From: Eledone cirrhosa
Lineage: Eukaryota
Length of the DNA stretch: 64,000 nucleotides
Assembly: GCA_964016885.1 (NCBI GenBank)
Contig: OZ024747.1
Location: 44,454,001-44,518,000, forward strand
Direction of reading: 5' to 3'
Every line of letters starts with the position of its first letter. The stretch's first letter is position 1. Position numbers and translations under genes: made by a program. The notes below the pieces were generated by a model. It did not search any database. It worked only from the letters and a program-made list of their open reading frames with translations, and was not told where the DNA came from. Below, one piece after another: positions 1 to 13,745 of this stretch.

Positions 1-3000
1 GTGGAAGATGGACGTTAAACGATGATGATAATGATGATAATGATGATATATATATACATTTCTATCTATATGTGTGTGTGTGTGTTACTACAGATTGACT
101 GTTAGATGTTATCAGCGTATAAGCTTTAACTGCTCTAAAAAGTCAATTTCACAACAGAGATTCTTCAGAGAGATACAGTAGCAATATTTGTTTCCTCTGC
201 TTTATTGTTGTAAGGTTAGCAATAATAATAATTCAAAATATATATATCAATGAAACTTACGATTAATGCCAAAGAAAACAATTAACCTTTTTGAAACTAA
301 ACCATCTAAAACTGCCTCCGGTTCAATAATAAATACTAAGCTGTTAATTTAAAGGTGTTTATATTTATCTAAAAACCTTCCATAATAATTTTTAAGTTAA
401 TAACAATTGTTAAGTTATCTGTCAAACAACAACTTAATAATGAGAAATTCTTGATTATTTTCAAAATTATTTCAAAATTATGGGTTGTATCTTTCAATGG
501 TAATAGAAGGAGTAAAACAAATTTTATCTTTAATAGCCATCACTAAACAGATATGATCCCATACTACCTAACTTTAACCTGTATAATAATTCAAAAAAAT
601 AATGAGACATCTTTGAAAAAATAGTAACCCTGCTGTTATGCCTCAGTTTTTCTCAATGCTATAAGGATACAAAAAAGGTTAAAGTCTGTCCCAAGCCCAT
701 AGTTTCATCAGGTGAGAGCTTATCCAGGTTTCAGTGATGTTAAATGACTGAGAATACAATCCCCAGCTGCAGTTTTCATTTTCAGCTGAGTATACTGGAG
801 CAACGTGAAATGAAGTATTTTTGCTTAAGAAAACAACATGCCACCCAGTCCAGGAATCGAACCCATGGCATTAGGATATGAAATATTAAAATTAATAAGC
901 ATGTATTGAACACAATGGAGATTTACTATTAATCTATACATTTTTCTTTTATCATCATCGTTTTACATCCACTCTTCTATGGATGGGGTTTTTCCAGCAC
1001 ATTTATTATGAATTTTTTTGGCAAAATCTAAATATGAAATACTTTAAAATGAAAAAGAACCACTTAACTGTATATTCAAGTTTAGTGAATAAAATCTGGT
1101 TTTTCTTTTGAAAGAAATATTGAAATTATATTCTCTTTGAATGTGAAATACATTTGTTAAATATCTCTAGGCTTTAAATAATTTAATTTCTTTTTACCAC
1201 ACCTGATATCAATAGGAACACTGTTTGTGTGTATCTTCATTATTACAAAACTTTCTAAAGCAAGTGCTCCCAATGTGTTGAATATCAAACCCCACCCCAG
1301 TGTCAATGGGATTGCCCAGGCAGGTCAATTCAAGCTTTGAGTATAAAACCTGACATTTGTATAAGGAGTGAAAATAGATAAAGTAATGCAATAAGATGCA
1401 ACTCTCTTATACAAGTTTCTGATTTATTATCTATTTATTTTATATTCTGTTTACTGACTCATTTATTTACATGCCTGAGCTTGATGATGGGTCAAGGATT
1501 CTATGAAAGGAGTCGATTGATGGTCTAAAAAATCGGAGTGTCTTGTTCTAAAGAATGGTAGATATGGAGAAGAAAAAGTACAACAAATTGATAATTTAAA
1601 GCCAAGACAGACTTAGACCATGAAACCTTTCAGATGATCAAGTTAAATAAGATACCATGATTGAAATGACAATGGCTGAGTAGAGAGCAGAACAAATAGT
1701 TCAAATCATTGACAATGAAGATTATTTATGATTTGATATGATGTTTTTCCTTAAAAGATTCTATAGTGCAAAATACTTGAACGTGATAATTTTTGACTGC
1801 TAAGTAATTAACAGAACACACTATATATAAGTTAAGTGACTGTCGAAGCCTGAAGCATGTGCACTCACTAGATACAGATGCCAAATGCTATAGAGCAAGT
1901 GATTGATGTAATATCTTGAATATCTAAAATTCACTGAAAGATTATTAAAAGTGTGAAAAAATATAATAATCCCATTGAACGTAGTTTTCTTGTCGTAATG
2001 AAAAATTAAAACAAAAGAAACATTTACATTTTATTCATTAAATTACAACTAAAAATTATAAGTTTTCAAATTTTACTTTTTAACTAGAAATATCTTGGAT
2101 TTCAAATACAAAGATTACTGAAATAGAGAAAAATAAATCCCAAATAAAAATTATCAAGTAAATTATTTAAGTTCTTTACCATTTAATTCAAGTGGATTAA
2201 AATTAATTCATGACAAGACTATACAATTTAAGTAGAGCAACCAATATGAATTCCTTAACAACAAACAGACACAATACAAAAAAAAAAAAAAGGATTAAAA
2301 ACATTAAAAATACAAAAACTATAACAAAACAAGATAAAAGAAACTTGTAGTAAATTTTAGAATCAATAGAAGAAGTTATTTAACCCCTTCATTACCATAT
2401 TTCTTATGAAAGATACTGCCTATGATTTTCCAATAATTTTGAAAATAATCAAGAATTTGGAGGAATTTAATGATATAACAAACTTTCTTATTATCAAACT
2501 GGAGTTTGGAACAGTAATAAAGGTTCTTGCATAAAATTATGATGGAAGGTTTTTATATAAATATAAATACTTTAAGATAAACTGGTTTGTATTGTTGAAG
2601 CAAGGGCCCTGTCAGGTGGCTCGCTATCAAAAGTGTGAGTGAACACATTCTTCAAAACTGTACTCTTGGCCGTCTTAAATCACTGGTATAGCCTGACAGC
2701 AATAATAAAATATAAAATATTTATATGTATATTAAATAATAATGTTTTCGTTTTGTATGTCAGTGTCCTTATTAAAATATATTTCAAACTATGAAGTTTA
2801 AAGAAAATACACAATGCTAAAACTTGCAAGATGTGAATCCTGGGTTGGTCTGGGAGATCAGTTGCCCACTTCAATATAGACACTGTCTGTGAAGACATGT
2901 CCAACCTGTGCTAGCAGTCAACGTGAATGTTAAATGATGATGATGATATATCTATATATAAGCATACATAATGGAGATGCAGGTCCCTGGCCTGTCCAGG

Positions 3001-3510
3001 AGATCAGCAGCCCCACTTCAGTACTGACTTGGTCTATGTAACCCCATCCAACTCTTATTAGCAAGGTATGTAAGTATGTATATATATATATGTATGTATG
3101 TGCATGTGTATGTGTGTGTGTGTGTGTACACGCATATATTGAACTATCTCAAATAAGGTTGACTAGAGGGAAGATCACATCAGAGTACCTTAAAACAAAT
3201 TTGTTGAATCCTATGCATTTAGATTGCTTAACAATGAATTTTGCCTCTGGGATGATACAAGTATAGGGTTCCTTTATTTCAATATTTGTATTTATAAGCT
3301 TCTCTGAATTATATTCTAAGCGATATTATTCCCTGAGATGTAATATATATTACTGACTAATTTTCAAATATATATATATAAAAAAAATAAGGTAAATATC
3401 TCTCTGGGTACCGAGTACGCAGAGAGATATATAGGGTGTCTATAATATAATTGTTGTTCGATGGTACTAATTTGAGATACCAGAACTCAATTTATATAAA
3501 TATATATATT

Positions 3511-3548
<38 letters not shown>

Positions 3549-3587
3549 TATATATATATATATTTATATAAATATATATATTTATAT

Positions 3588-3643
<56 letters not shown>

Positions 3644-4340
3644 TACATATCTTATACATATCATCATATATACCTTATATATCATCACCGTTTTACGTGC
3701 AGCACGGAAAAATGGGCATATCATGATGATATATAAGATAACCGTTTAACCTTCTGAAATCAAAGAATATTTTCATTAGTGTCATAGCTATGTCATAGCT
3801 TTTCACAAAAGTAAATATAAAAATTGTTATAACAGCTCCTGTTTTAAGAAAATGATTTCTTTAATTAAAGTTATGGCTTCTAATATTTACCAAATATAAA
3901 GTGCTTAGCCAGTTCTGTTTTCTCCTCTTAAAAATTTACTTTCTATTTTAATAAATATCATTCCAAATGGTTTATACCAATGTAAAAAATATTCTAAATG
4001 TATGTATTCATTAAATTGTTAATTTATGATGAAGGAAAAATAAAAGTATGTTGCAATCAAAAACATCTTCCAACTCATTCTGAGTTAAATTTTTTAAAAC
4101 TTTATAGAAGGAAAAATTGTTAATATTTGATATCATTTTTTAAATAGAGAAACATTTTTTTTTTTACCCATAAATAATTTTGTTTATTTTTAAGAATAAC
4201 ATGAAATAACCATTTCAAACCTTGTATAGGAATTTGTTTCAATATTTAAATTTGGCTAATAAAATTATGATATGATGGAGAAAATAATAATTAATATTTT
4301 GTTCATCCATTAATTATTATATCACACACACTCTCACATA

Positions 4341-4343
<3 letters not shown>

Positions 4344-4412
<69 letters not shown>

Positions 4413-4440
4413 GAGAGGGAGAGAGAGAGAGAGAGAGAGA
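4344..4440. repeat. (GA)n microsatellite
   Basis: Seen directly. Confidence 0.98.
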
Positions 4441-7088
4441 AATGCACACACACATTTACTTACTTTGAAGCAAAATCTTTTTAAAATATAAAAATAGATG
4501 TCTTGGTTCAGACTTTCTTTGAAAGGAATCAAGGAATCACATATAATCATAGAAAGATACAGGTTTTAATATCATCATCATCATCATCATCATCAACGTT
4601 TAACGTCCGTGTTCCACGCTTGCATGGGTTTGGACGATGTATATATAATTAAGCGCTGGCCTTATCACAATTAGCAACATATTTTAGAGAGAGGGGGGAT
4701 AGGGACACAGAGAGGTGGGAGAGAGGAGAGTATAAAGTTCTAGTAGAAAATATTTAAATATTACAAAGTGATTTTGAAAGAGAGAAGTAACTTAGATAGG
4801 GTAGAAAGATGAATTAAACAAGAACAATGATATAGTGAGATTAGTAGATGCAATCAAAGTGGAGCAAAAAATTCCTCACAAACTAAAAGATGGAATTAAA
4901 GCTAACTATCCTACAATTCAAAAGTATGGTTATTATGTCTAATTTATTTCATAGAAATCATTTGATGTGTTAATTGTTATTAAGTGTCATAATAATCTAA
5001 AAAAAGACCCTGAGGAAGAAGTTTCAGGTAGCTTGCTTTAACAATATCTGGTTACATTAAATTCATTCTATTGTGTATACATTGCGATTTTCTGTTTATT
5101 TTAAAGTGGATGTGTCTAAATGATTAAAACACTACTTTAAATGTAAAGCAAAATGCTGAAGTTTTTTATTATTTCATTACACTTGTTTAGTTAAATCATT
5201 GAAAATCATTACTTAAAAAAAAAGAAAAAGGTTTTTCCCCGTTTTCTGAAAGCATCCTGTAAGTCTAACTACATCAATAACACTACAGAAATCTATTAGT
5301 GTAGATAATTGTATTTTTAACAGAATTATTTCTCTTAAAAAAAAAAAACCAAAGCACAGGCATTCAAAAACTAATGAATGATAAAATAGCACCTTAGCAA
5401 TTTGTTGAAGATAGTTTAAATGTATGTTATATTAGAGGTCCATGCTGTCATGTTACACATATAGTAAAGTTATAAAGCTTGTTAAGATCTTTGTGTAATG
5501 TTATACATAAAGTTATAAGGTGACATGCACGTTAACAAATCTACAGTTACTATCAAAGGTAAAAAAAGCAGAAAAGAGAAATTTATATTGAAATACATCA
5601 GAGAATATGTAAGAAATCTATAATTTTGATGCTTTATCTTGCTAGTCATTCACTGAGACTAAAAACAGTATTTTATCAGGCAGTTGTGTAACATTAAGAG
5701 AACAAACCTTAATATTCCATTTTGTATAAGGTGATACAACACTGAATACATTCAGGACAGATTAAACAATATTCATTTTTACATTAACATATGAAGTATT
5801 TCAAGTCATTATATATCCATTTTTTAAAATATGTTTCACTGTAGTCATGCTAAGATTATCTATATAGAAAGTGGAGACTACAGCAACAGTGTAATAAGCA
5901 GCAGTAGAAGCAGTATCAATACATCAATCAAAACATACTTATCAGCAATATTCTGTTTGTTAAAGTGTGTGTGTGCATTCTTAAATGGACTTAAAACTCT
6001 TTTGTAACCATATTTCAAATGAAATATGTAGTCAGGGTGTTTTATTTAATTTTGAAAATTTAAGGAATTGTGAAGGGTTCATCTAATAAAGTAACTAACA
6101 ATTTTATGATTAAGATGCTGTTTGGAACATAACAATAAGTTTTTTGCTTAAAGTTATGACGGAAGCCTTTTCTTAAAATCAGAGGTTTTACAAAATAAAA
6201 CCTTGAGCATTCTCAGGCAGATGATTATCAAAAGATTTGAAAACCATTATAACTTTAAAATATATATATATTTAAGTGTATTTCTTAAATTCACCTTAAA
6301 ATAGTTTCATTTCAATTGATATTTATGAAACAAATGAACAGTAAAATAAACCAGACAATACTAAAATTATTACAGTTATATTTAGTTTAAAAGAACTTTT
6401 TTATAGACCAAAGAAAATGATATGTTTTATTTTTTAAAGCTGCTGAGAACTTAAACAAAATTCCTGTTAATTTTCACATCATACAAGTTTCAGTAAATTT
6501 TATATAGAAACACAGAAATCGGGATAGTCCTAAAAACCCTTTTTTATTCATTTCAAAAGCCCTAGATAGCTAAAATTTTAATCAAGAAGTTCATAAATGA
6601 AAATAGAAACATAGGATTCATGAACTTATAGACATCTTACATTTGCCTGAGTGTGTGTTTCTTTCTTTTTTATTTTGTTTTTTCATAGAGAAAGAATTAA
6701 ATGAAAACTGACTGTTCACGAGAAGCAGAATCGCTAAATATGGAATCATTGTAATTGAAATAAAGCAAAAAGTAAAATAGTACCCATCTCAGAAGAATTA
6801 TTCAACCCTTTCATTATCATATTTCTAAGATAAATATAGACACTTTAAAACAAACAGGGGCAGTTTCTGACTGTTTGCTGTCAGAATGGTTACCTTTTCA
6901 TTGACGATAAATGTTTTTCAAAGAGAACAAAATGCAAAATATTACTTTTTAGCAAAGTGTAAGAATATATTCCTTGCTTATTAATATAACCTCACTATTT
7001 TCTAATATATGAGGTTTGATGTGCATTAAGAATGAAGCAGCTTTGATTTATAAAGAATAGTTTCAGAAAGTGATTTCCTTTTTAATAT

Positions 7089-7322
7089 TAACTCTTCTGT
7101 TACCATATTTTTAAAGAAATACACTGTCTTTGAATTAAGAATTTGGAGAGATTTTACTGAAATGTTTTAATTATTTCACTATCTAGATAGTATTTGTAAT
7201 GTAAAAATACTCTTAAGATTATTTTAGAAGGTTTTAATTTAAATAGGAACCCTTTAAAACATGTGTTTTGGTTTCATACAACCAGATGTGTTTTGGAGTG
7301 TGTTTGGTATCAAAAGAGTTAA
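7089..7322. mobile_element. piggyBac-type MITE family A (about 235 bp, TTAA-flanked), representative copy
   Basis: ttaactctt..ttaccatattt...tttggtatcaaaagagttaa. Other copies at about 282-516, 2379-2636, 6003-6240, 8797-9045, 17939-18170, 19964-20277, 27883-28350, 28616-28843, 33017-33253, 35326-35553, 46072-46307, 46376-46611 and 61346-61601. Confidence 0.75.
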
Positions 7323-7974
7323 AAGTAAATAAAATATTTCTCATTTCTTCTCTACTACTTCTGTAATAGTTATGAACTGTGCTTCATTTCAAATGTGTAA
7401 ACAAATAGTTTTATATCTTTCTGATTTTTAATTTTTTTTCAATTAAATTTCCAATCAAGTAAAATAACTGTATCTCCAACAAATGCTTCTACCTCAGTGT
7501 TGTCAATGTTGCAGCTATACAGTCTATATAATAATGTTGCAGTGTTGTCAATGTTGCAGATATACAGTCTATATAATAATAATACATGTATTTATTTCCA
7601 CTAGCATATGAACTATCATTATTATTTGAATATATACTCACCACAATGCAAATAAATATAATATTAGTTGATAACTATAAATAATAAATCAGGTAAAATA
7701 ACAACTCCTGGTTTTTTCTGCCTGCAGGGGTATTTTACTTAATTTATTCAAATATTATTTATAGTTGTTAACAATTATTATAGTTATCTGCATTGTGAGG
7801 ACTATATTTAAAAAATGTTTAATTTCCTGTTGCTTTGTAAGTCAACCATTAATTATTATAATTAAATTACTTTACTTATATTGAAGAGATTTTTGAGAAA
7901 AGTATAAACATCAGACTATCATATTCTGCATATATATGAAAACTGGGCCTTGTTTATAACTAGAATAATTGAGG

Positions 7975-8225
7975 AAAACTGGGAGAGGGCGCATGCCCTA
8001 ACAGTCAGGGTGACCATGGCTTTTGTGGGTTTTCTCCACAAGTAACCCTCAGTGGTCGATTCCCCCCATTGGGGATTTTTCGTTTGTTTCCATTTTTTTG
8101 TTACATCTTTTGTTTTTGTTTCCTTTATTCTACATGCAGAAACCCATATTTGCACCACCCTGTGCTGTCCTCAATGTATTTTTTTGTAAACACTCTGTGG
8201 TTAATAAAGAAATCATTATTATTAC
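7975..8225 (+). mobile_element. Probable L1/Tx1-like LINE 3' UTR
   Basis: ttccccccattggggattt hairpin and ctgtggttaataaagaaat(att)n end; same layout as 49826-50115. Confidence 0.5.
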
Positions 8226-8615
8226 TGCTGGGTAATTGCTGGCCTTGTGCCTAAAGTAGAAACAATTATTATTACTGATTGGCAATATCGGTAAAGCGTC
8301 AAACAAAATGCCTTGTGATATTTAGTTATGACTTTGTTCATACTGAGTTCAAATCCCACCACAGTCAACTTTGATCAAATAAAGTTCTGGTAAAGTACTG
8401 GTGTGGATATATTCAACATATCCTCTAAAGTAGCCAGCCTTGTGCTTATGTTCGAAACAATGAGTGGGGGAGAATTAGCAGAGTTAATATTGGAAGAAAC
8501 ATAATGGAAGTATTACTTCCGGTTCTTTACAGTTTGAGTTCAAATCCTGCCGAAGTCAACTTTATCTTTCATCCTTCCAGGGTCAATAAAATCAAAGTAT
8601 CAGTTAAGAACTGAG
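8225..8615 (+). mobile_element. Tandem tRNA-headed SINE copies
   Basis: Two gagttcaaatcc B-boxes, each followed by gtcaacttt; the second carries the ttcatcc...gggtc domain. Confidence 0.75.
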
Positions 8616-9687
8616 GATAAGAGTTGGAAACCTGATGAAATTTGATTTTTAAAAAAAAAGTATATTGGAGATCATTTTATAAAATTGTAACTCCTGCTTT
8701 AAGAAAGTCTCCCACCATCCCACCACTTTTTTTCTATCTTACACAGTCATATTATACAAAACATTTGAACATATATCTATACATTTTTCATATGATTAAC
8801 CCTTTTGATACTAAACTGCATGAAACTAGCCCTACTTCTATAACATATGCTAAACTGATTATTTTAAAGTGTTCATATTTATCTAAAAACCTTCCATTAT
8901 AATTTCTATGTAAGAACCTTTCTTAACTTATATTCCAAACACAAGCTTAATAATGAAATTTATCTATATAATTCTTGATTATTTTCAAATGATTTAAAAA
9001 CCATAGGCGATGTATTTCATAAGAAAAATGGTAACAAAAGGGATAGAGAAATGTATAACCAATAACAGGAAAAAAATGAATTAAATAGATTTACCTTTTC
9101 TTCCTAAAATTTTAAATGAGTAAAGAATAAGAGATATTCTCACAGATAATATAATATTAAATGCCTATTAAAATGAGCAATTTAATTTTAAATTATACTA
9201 TACGGGAAGCAAATGAAAGCATATGAGGCAAATATAACAAAGCTATTTTTAAAAAATGACAAGACAACTTCAATGAGTTATTTCAGAGGATTTCAGATAT
9301 TATTATAATTCAGCTGTTACAAGAACTAGCAACAAATGGAATAGATGTGTTTTTTTTTAATAACACTGAACAATAAAGGTGTTTATATATAAAGCTGTGC
9401 TACAGTCATATAAGCATAATCACTTTTACAAATTACATACATATAATTTTACACAATAACTTACTGAATCTTTTTTACTTACAGTAATGTATGTATATGT
9501 GTGTGTGTGAGAAAGAGAGAGAGAGTGAGTGAGTGTGTGTGTGTGTGTGTGTGTGTGTTTGTCTATGTGTGTGAAATCAGGAGACGTTTATGAATAATTA
9601 ATAATGTAACATCTTGCTAGCAGGGAAAACAGATGATGATGATGATGATGTAATATATATGTAGATATGTTTGTGTGTGTGTGTGTT

Positions 9688-9985
9688 GGAACTCTAACCG
9701 TTCCACTGATAAGATTTCCAGTTGATTCGATCAACAAAACAGGCTAGTCGCGAAATTAACATGCAAGTGGCTGAGCATTCCACGTACCCTTAACGTAGTT
9801 CTGAGGGAGATTCAGAATGGCACAACATGTCACAAGGCTGACCCTTTGAATTACAGGTATCACATCTATTTTTGCTGAGTGGACTGGAGCAACATGAAAT
9901 AAAGTGTCCTGCTCAAGGACACAACATGCTGTCGGGAATTGATGACTTTATGATCGTGAGCTGCACACCCTTTCATGAAGCCATA
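9688..9985 (-). mobile_element. SINE with CORE-like segment
   Basis: Minus strand reads gttgtgtccttgagcaggacactttatttcatgttgctccagtccactcagc. Related segments at about 690-870 (minus), 10815-10915 (plus) and 55285-55380. Confidence 0.7.
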
Positions 9986-10099
9986 TACCTATATGTATAC
10001 GAGCATGTGTGTGTATATATATATAAATGTGTGTGTTTGTGTGTGTATATATATATATAATAAACAAGAAAGACGGTTACATTTGTCCATCCCTATTTA

Positions 10100-10171
10100 T
10101 TTTGTTATACGTATTTCAAATATGTAAGGCAGTTGTATAATATCTGCCCTACGTGTTCTCTTCAGACAAAA
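10100..10171 (-). ncRNA. Type I hammerhead ribozyme motif in a Penelope-like fragment
   Basis: Minus strand reads UUUUGU-CUGAAGA-[GAACACGUAGGGCAG...CUGCCUUACAUAUUU]-GAAA-U-ACGU-A-UA-ACAAAA. Stem I is 6 bp, stem II is 15 bp with two C.A mismatches, the stem III loop is palindromic and the cleavage triplet is AUA. Confidence 0.8.
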
Positions 10172-10250
10172 AGACAAAAATCCACACGAGATGTAAATAT
10201 CCATTGATATGTTGCCAGTCATACATGTTATTCTCTTCGCCGACTAGCAA

Positions 10251-10323
<73 letters not shown>

Positions 10324-10428
10324 ACATCATCATCATCATCATCATACAGATCAGACCAAGAAAACCATGTTTACATTGATCTTTCCATTGCTGATGCCAT
10401 CTGCCCCGGCTGCAAATCCTGGCAGGAA

Positions 10429-10482
<54 letters not shown>

Positions 10483-10814
10483 GTATATCATATGTGTTTC
10501 CATATATGTTTGTTCATATGTATGTGTGTGCATTCATGTGTGTGTGTGTGTATATAATCATATATGTACACATATACATGTACAATTACAGGTATACACA
10601 TATCTAAATATGGTAATGAGTGTTGGGGGGGGGGGGCACGCATATGTCTGTGTGTATTCATATACATGTATATGGCTAAGTGATGTCCATATCATTTCCA
10701 AAATAATCAAAAATTGAAGGACATTTAGTAAAATAACTTTCTCTTTATTAGCATAGCTTAATAAAAGGTCTAACATAAAATTATGACGTGAGGCTTTTAG
10801 ATAAATATAAATAA

Positions 10815-11235
10815 TCGAAAGGTTGTGAGTTCAATTCTCAGACCAGGTGATGTGTTGTTTCCTTGAGCAAGACACTTTATTTCACATTGCTCCAGTTTAC
10901 TCAGCTGTAGAAATAAGATGATAGGGACTGGGGTTCCTATCATTCCACTGCAAAGTGATCATGGAGGTGCCAAGGCAAAAAAGCACCCAGCCCACACTGT
11001 AAAGTGGTCGTGGAGGTGCCACGCCAAAAAAGCACCCAGCACTCACTATAAATGAGGGAGGTTGGTGTTACGAAGGGCATCCAGCTGTAGAAATCAAGCC
11101 AGAATCAGTTCCCGTATGAACAAGACAAGGTCAGCCAACCGGACACTGCCCACAACAGGACAACCCGTCTAACCCATGCTATCGTGGAAGAACGGATGTA
11201 AAACCGTGATGATGATGATGATGATGATGATGATA
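10815..11235 (+). mobile_element. Composite SINE: tRNA/CORE-like head plus RTE-type tail ending in (GAT)n
   Basis: gtgagttcaattc, ccttgagcaagacac, ggttggtgttacgaagggcatccagc, cccatgctatcgtggaagaacggatgtaaaaccgtgatgat. Confidence 0.75.
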
Positions 11236-12503
11236 AACACTTTAAAGCAGTTTTGTATTGTAGAACAAGGAACATTTTCAGGCAGTTTGGTATCAAAAGA
11301 ATAAAGAGGAATAAGCAAACATCAATATGTAGTCTGAGATAGATCAGATACAGGACAACATTTTAAGAGGAATAAAAGAAAATTTAGTATGGTGTGTGAG
11401 ATAGGTCAGATACCTAATGAATTTTTAGTCATATAGGAGTAGTATCCATGACCATGCATGCCCACACATACTGGTGAGAATGTTACAGCTAATGCCCAGA
11501 TTGTAGAATTGAAGGGCAATGTCAGAAAAACAAGCAATAATGTTTGTAATAAAAAAGAAACAGAGAAATATATATATAAACTCTGTAAACGTGGTTGGTG
11601 TTAGGAAGGGCATCCAGCCGTAGAAAACCTGCCAGATAGTCCTATATACGAGCAAGACAACCAATCTTGCCTCTAGTGGGACAATTCCCGTCTAAACCAA
11701 TGCTAGCGTGGAAGATAGACATTAAACGATGATGATGATGATGATATATACATATATATATTAAATAAGGAAAGTATGGGGAAGATGAGAGGGAGTGGCA
11801 GACTCTACAAACCAAAATTTTAAATTAGCCTAATGAAATTAGAGCATTTACATCAAATAATTTATTTCCAACAAAATGGAATGTAAGCATTGATGAATGA
11901 GAAAAATAAAGCCACATACCCCTAATATTTATTTAGTCAGGTATTCAAAATTTCTCAAAATAAAGTCACATTTATGAAGCACTGAATCTGTATAGTTAAT
12001 CATCACGTTATTTGAAATGTCTTCCCAATTTTAGTATATATAAGCATTTACTTCACTCAGTTTCCTAGATTTCTTTTGTTAAATGCACATGGATACTCAT
12101 TTCCTTAAGTTTTTGCTGGACGTATATCCATACTGAATTCTCCTTATCAGAAAATCACTGTCATTCAACACACTATACCAGCGCATAGGCTTCACATTCA
12201 ATATTACTTCATTTTCTCTGAATACAATTAACTGTATGGGTAATATTTGTTATGGGGTTTCTACTTTTGAGGTATTATTCTATCTCTGCAAAGTCAAAAG
12301 CTAAATATATAGGTTATTTTACACTTAGTAGAAAATAATGTCAAAACAGAGAATTTTGTCTTCTTATAGAAATGTTTTTAAGGCAATCGCCAAGTAAAGA
12401 CATTTCTATTTTCTGCAAGAAGAGGCTCTAGCTATATATGCAAATTTTGCTATAAACTAGAGAAAATAGTTCATCAACTCCAAATATATTTTTTTTAATT
12501 TCT

Positions 12504-12790
12504 CCGTCATAACTGGAGCCAGCTGGCCTTGACTGTGGCAATGGTAAGTGCCCTGATGAAATAACCCGCTTCCTGTTAGAGGGAAGTAAATTTCTAATTT
12601 GGGACATGACATGTTATGACTCATTCTATGCCTTTAACCTTGTCACTTCAGCTGCAAAGCCAGGCACTGCAACCCACAATGCAGAGGAGATGAAGATAAA
12701 CAAATACAGCTTCCTTTTTGTATCAGTCACCAGTTGAAACATCTGATGTCCTTGTTACCCACTCTGCCAATAGTCACTTTAAGCAAAGTT
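12504..12790 (+). mobile_element. Remnant of a CRE-like non-LTR retrotransposon restriction-like endonuclease (RLE) domain
   Basis: Translates to LEPAGLDCGNGKCPDEITRFLLEGSKFLIWDMTCYDSF...AAKPGTATHNAEEMKINKY..FLFVSV/VETSDVL. This matches the EP.GL...GKRPDG....WD.TC.D...AE..K..KY...F.P.AVET.G pattern. Confidence 0.75.
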
Positions 12791-12869
12791 TCAGAATTTT
12801 TATTTGTATCAGAGTACAATTTATTCCAACAATAACAGTCAATCTTATAAGCTCTGCTTCTGGGTCTAT

Positions 12870-13745
12870 TTATCTTCATTGCCCACTTATTCCTGAGAGG
12901 GTCATGGGGCAGAGTCCTCAAACACTCTTTCCAGCAGGACCTGTCAGAAGCAACTGTTTCCAATTAATTCAACTAAATCCCCAAACAAAACCAGCCAAGC
13001 TCATGGATGTTATTCACCCATTTTGCTTTGGGTCTACCCCTGTGTCTCTGCCAACTGGTTTTGCCCTTAAAATCTGTCCAGCGATTTTTTCTTTAGATAT
13101 TCTAACCACATACCCATAGTATCGAAGCTGTGATCTCTCAATTTGGAGAAGTAATGGCTCTACATAGAGTGAGTCTCTTATCTCTTATCTACACACTCTA
13201 TTTAGTAATATTACTCCAAAGACCCTTCAGAGGAACCCAATTTCGATTGCTTGTATAATTTTGGTCATTATCCAAGGTTCATGACCAAAGGTAAGGGTTG
13301 GCATGAATACCAAATTGAAGATAGCGAATTTGACTTTTACACCTACCATCCTTCTTCTGATTACCAAATGCCGAAGCTAGTGCATTACTGCACCAGCTCC
13401 TGCAATTTTTGTACTTAATTCAGCCTTCTGCTTTCCATCACTCATGAACACAGCCCCGAGATACTTGAACTTCTACACCTGCTTCAGTGGAAATCCATTC
13501 ACATATAGTGTGCACTGTGTAGGCTTCCTTGAGAGGATGAGTGTCTGTTTTTGCAGCACTGATTTTCATTCCAGCCATGCAACATTCAGCATAAAAATCT
13601 ATCAAGTGCATGTTGAAGGTCACCTTCTGTCAAGTTAAGTAACACCATGTTGTCTGCAAATTCCAGCTGACCGATTTTACACCTGCCAGTCGTGATACCA
13701 CTTCCAACCCGGTTGCACCTTACAATCCTGTTTATGAAAATAATC
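12870..13745 (-). mobile_element. Decayed RTE-clade LINE (RT motif and C-terminal region)
   Basis: Minus strand reads LEFADNMVLL...LKQV*KFKYLGAVFMSDG...VFMPTLTFGHEPWIMT...EPLLLQIERSQLRYYGYVVRI, with stops and frameshifts. Confidence 0.9.

Noticed and set aside
1470-1760. Purine-rich, coding-like stretch
   Set aside because: It has stops in all plus frames and no recognisable motif.
9095-9103. 9-nt microexon ttttag-GAAGAAAAG-gtaaat (minus), and a 30-nt candidate at about 59061-59090
   Set aside because: Such matches are expected by chance in 64 kb of AT-rich DNA, and no gene model anchors them.
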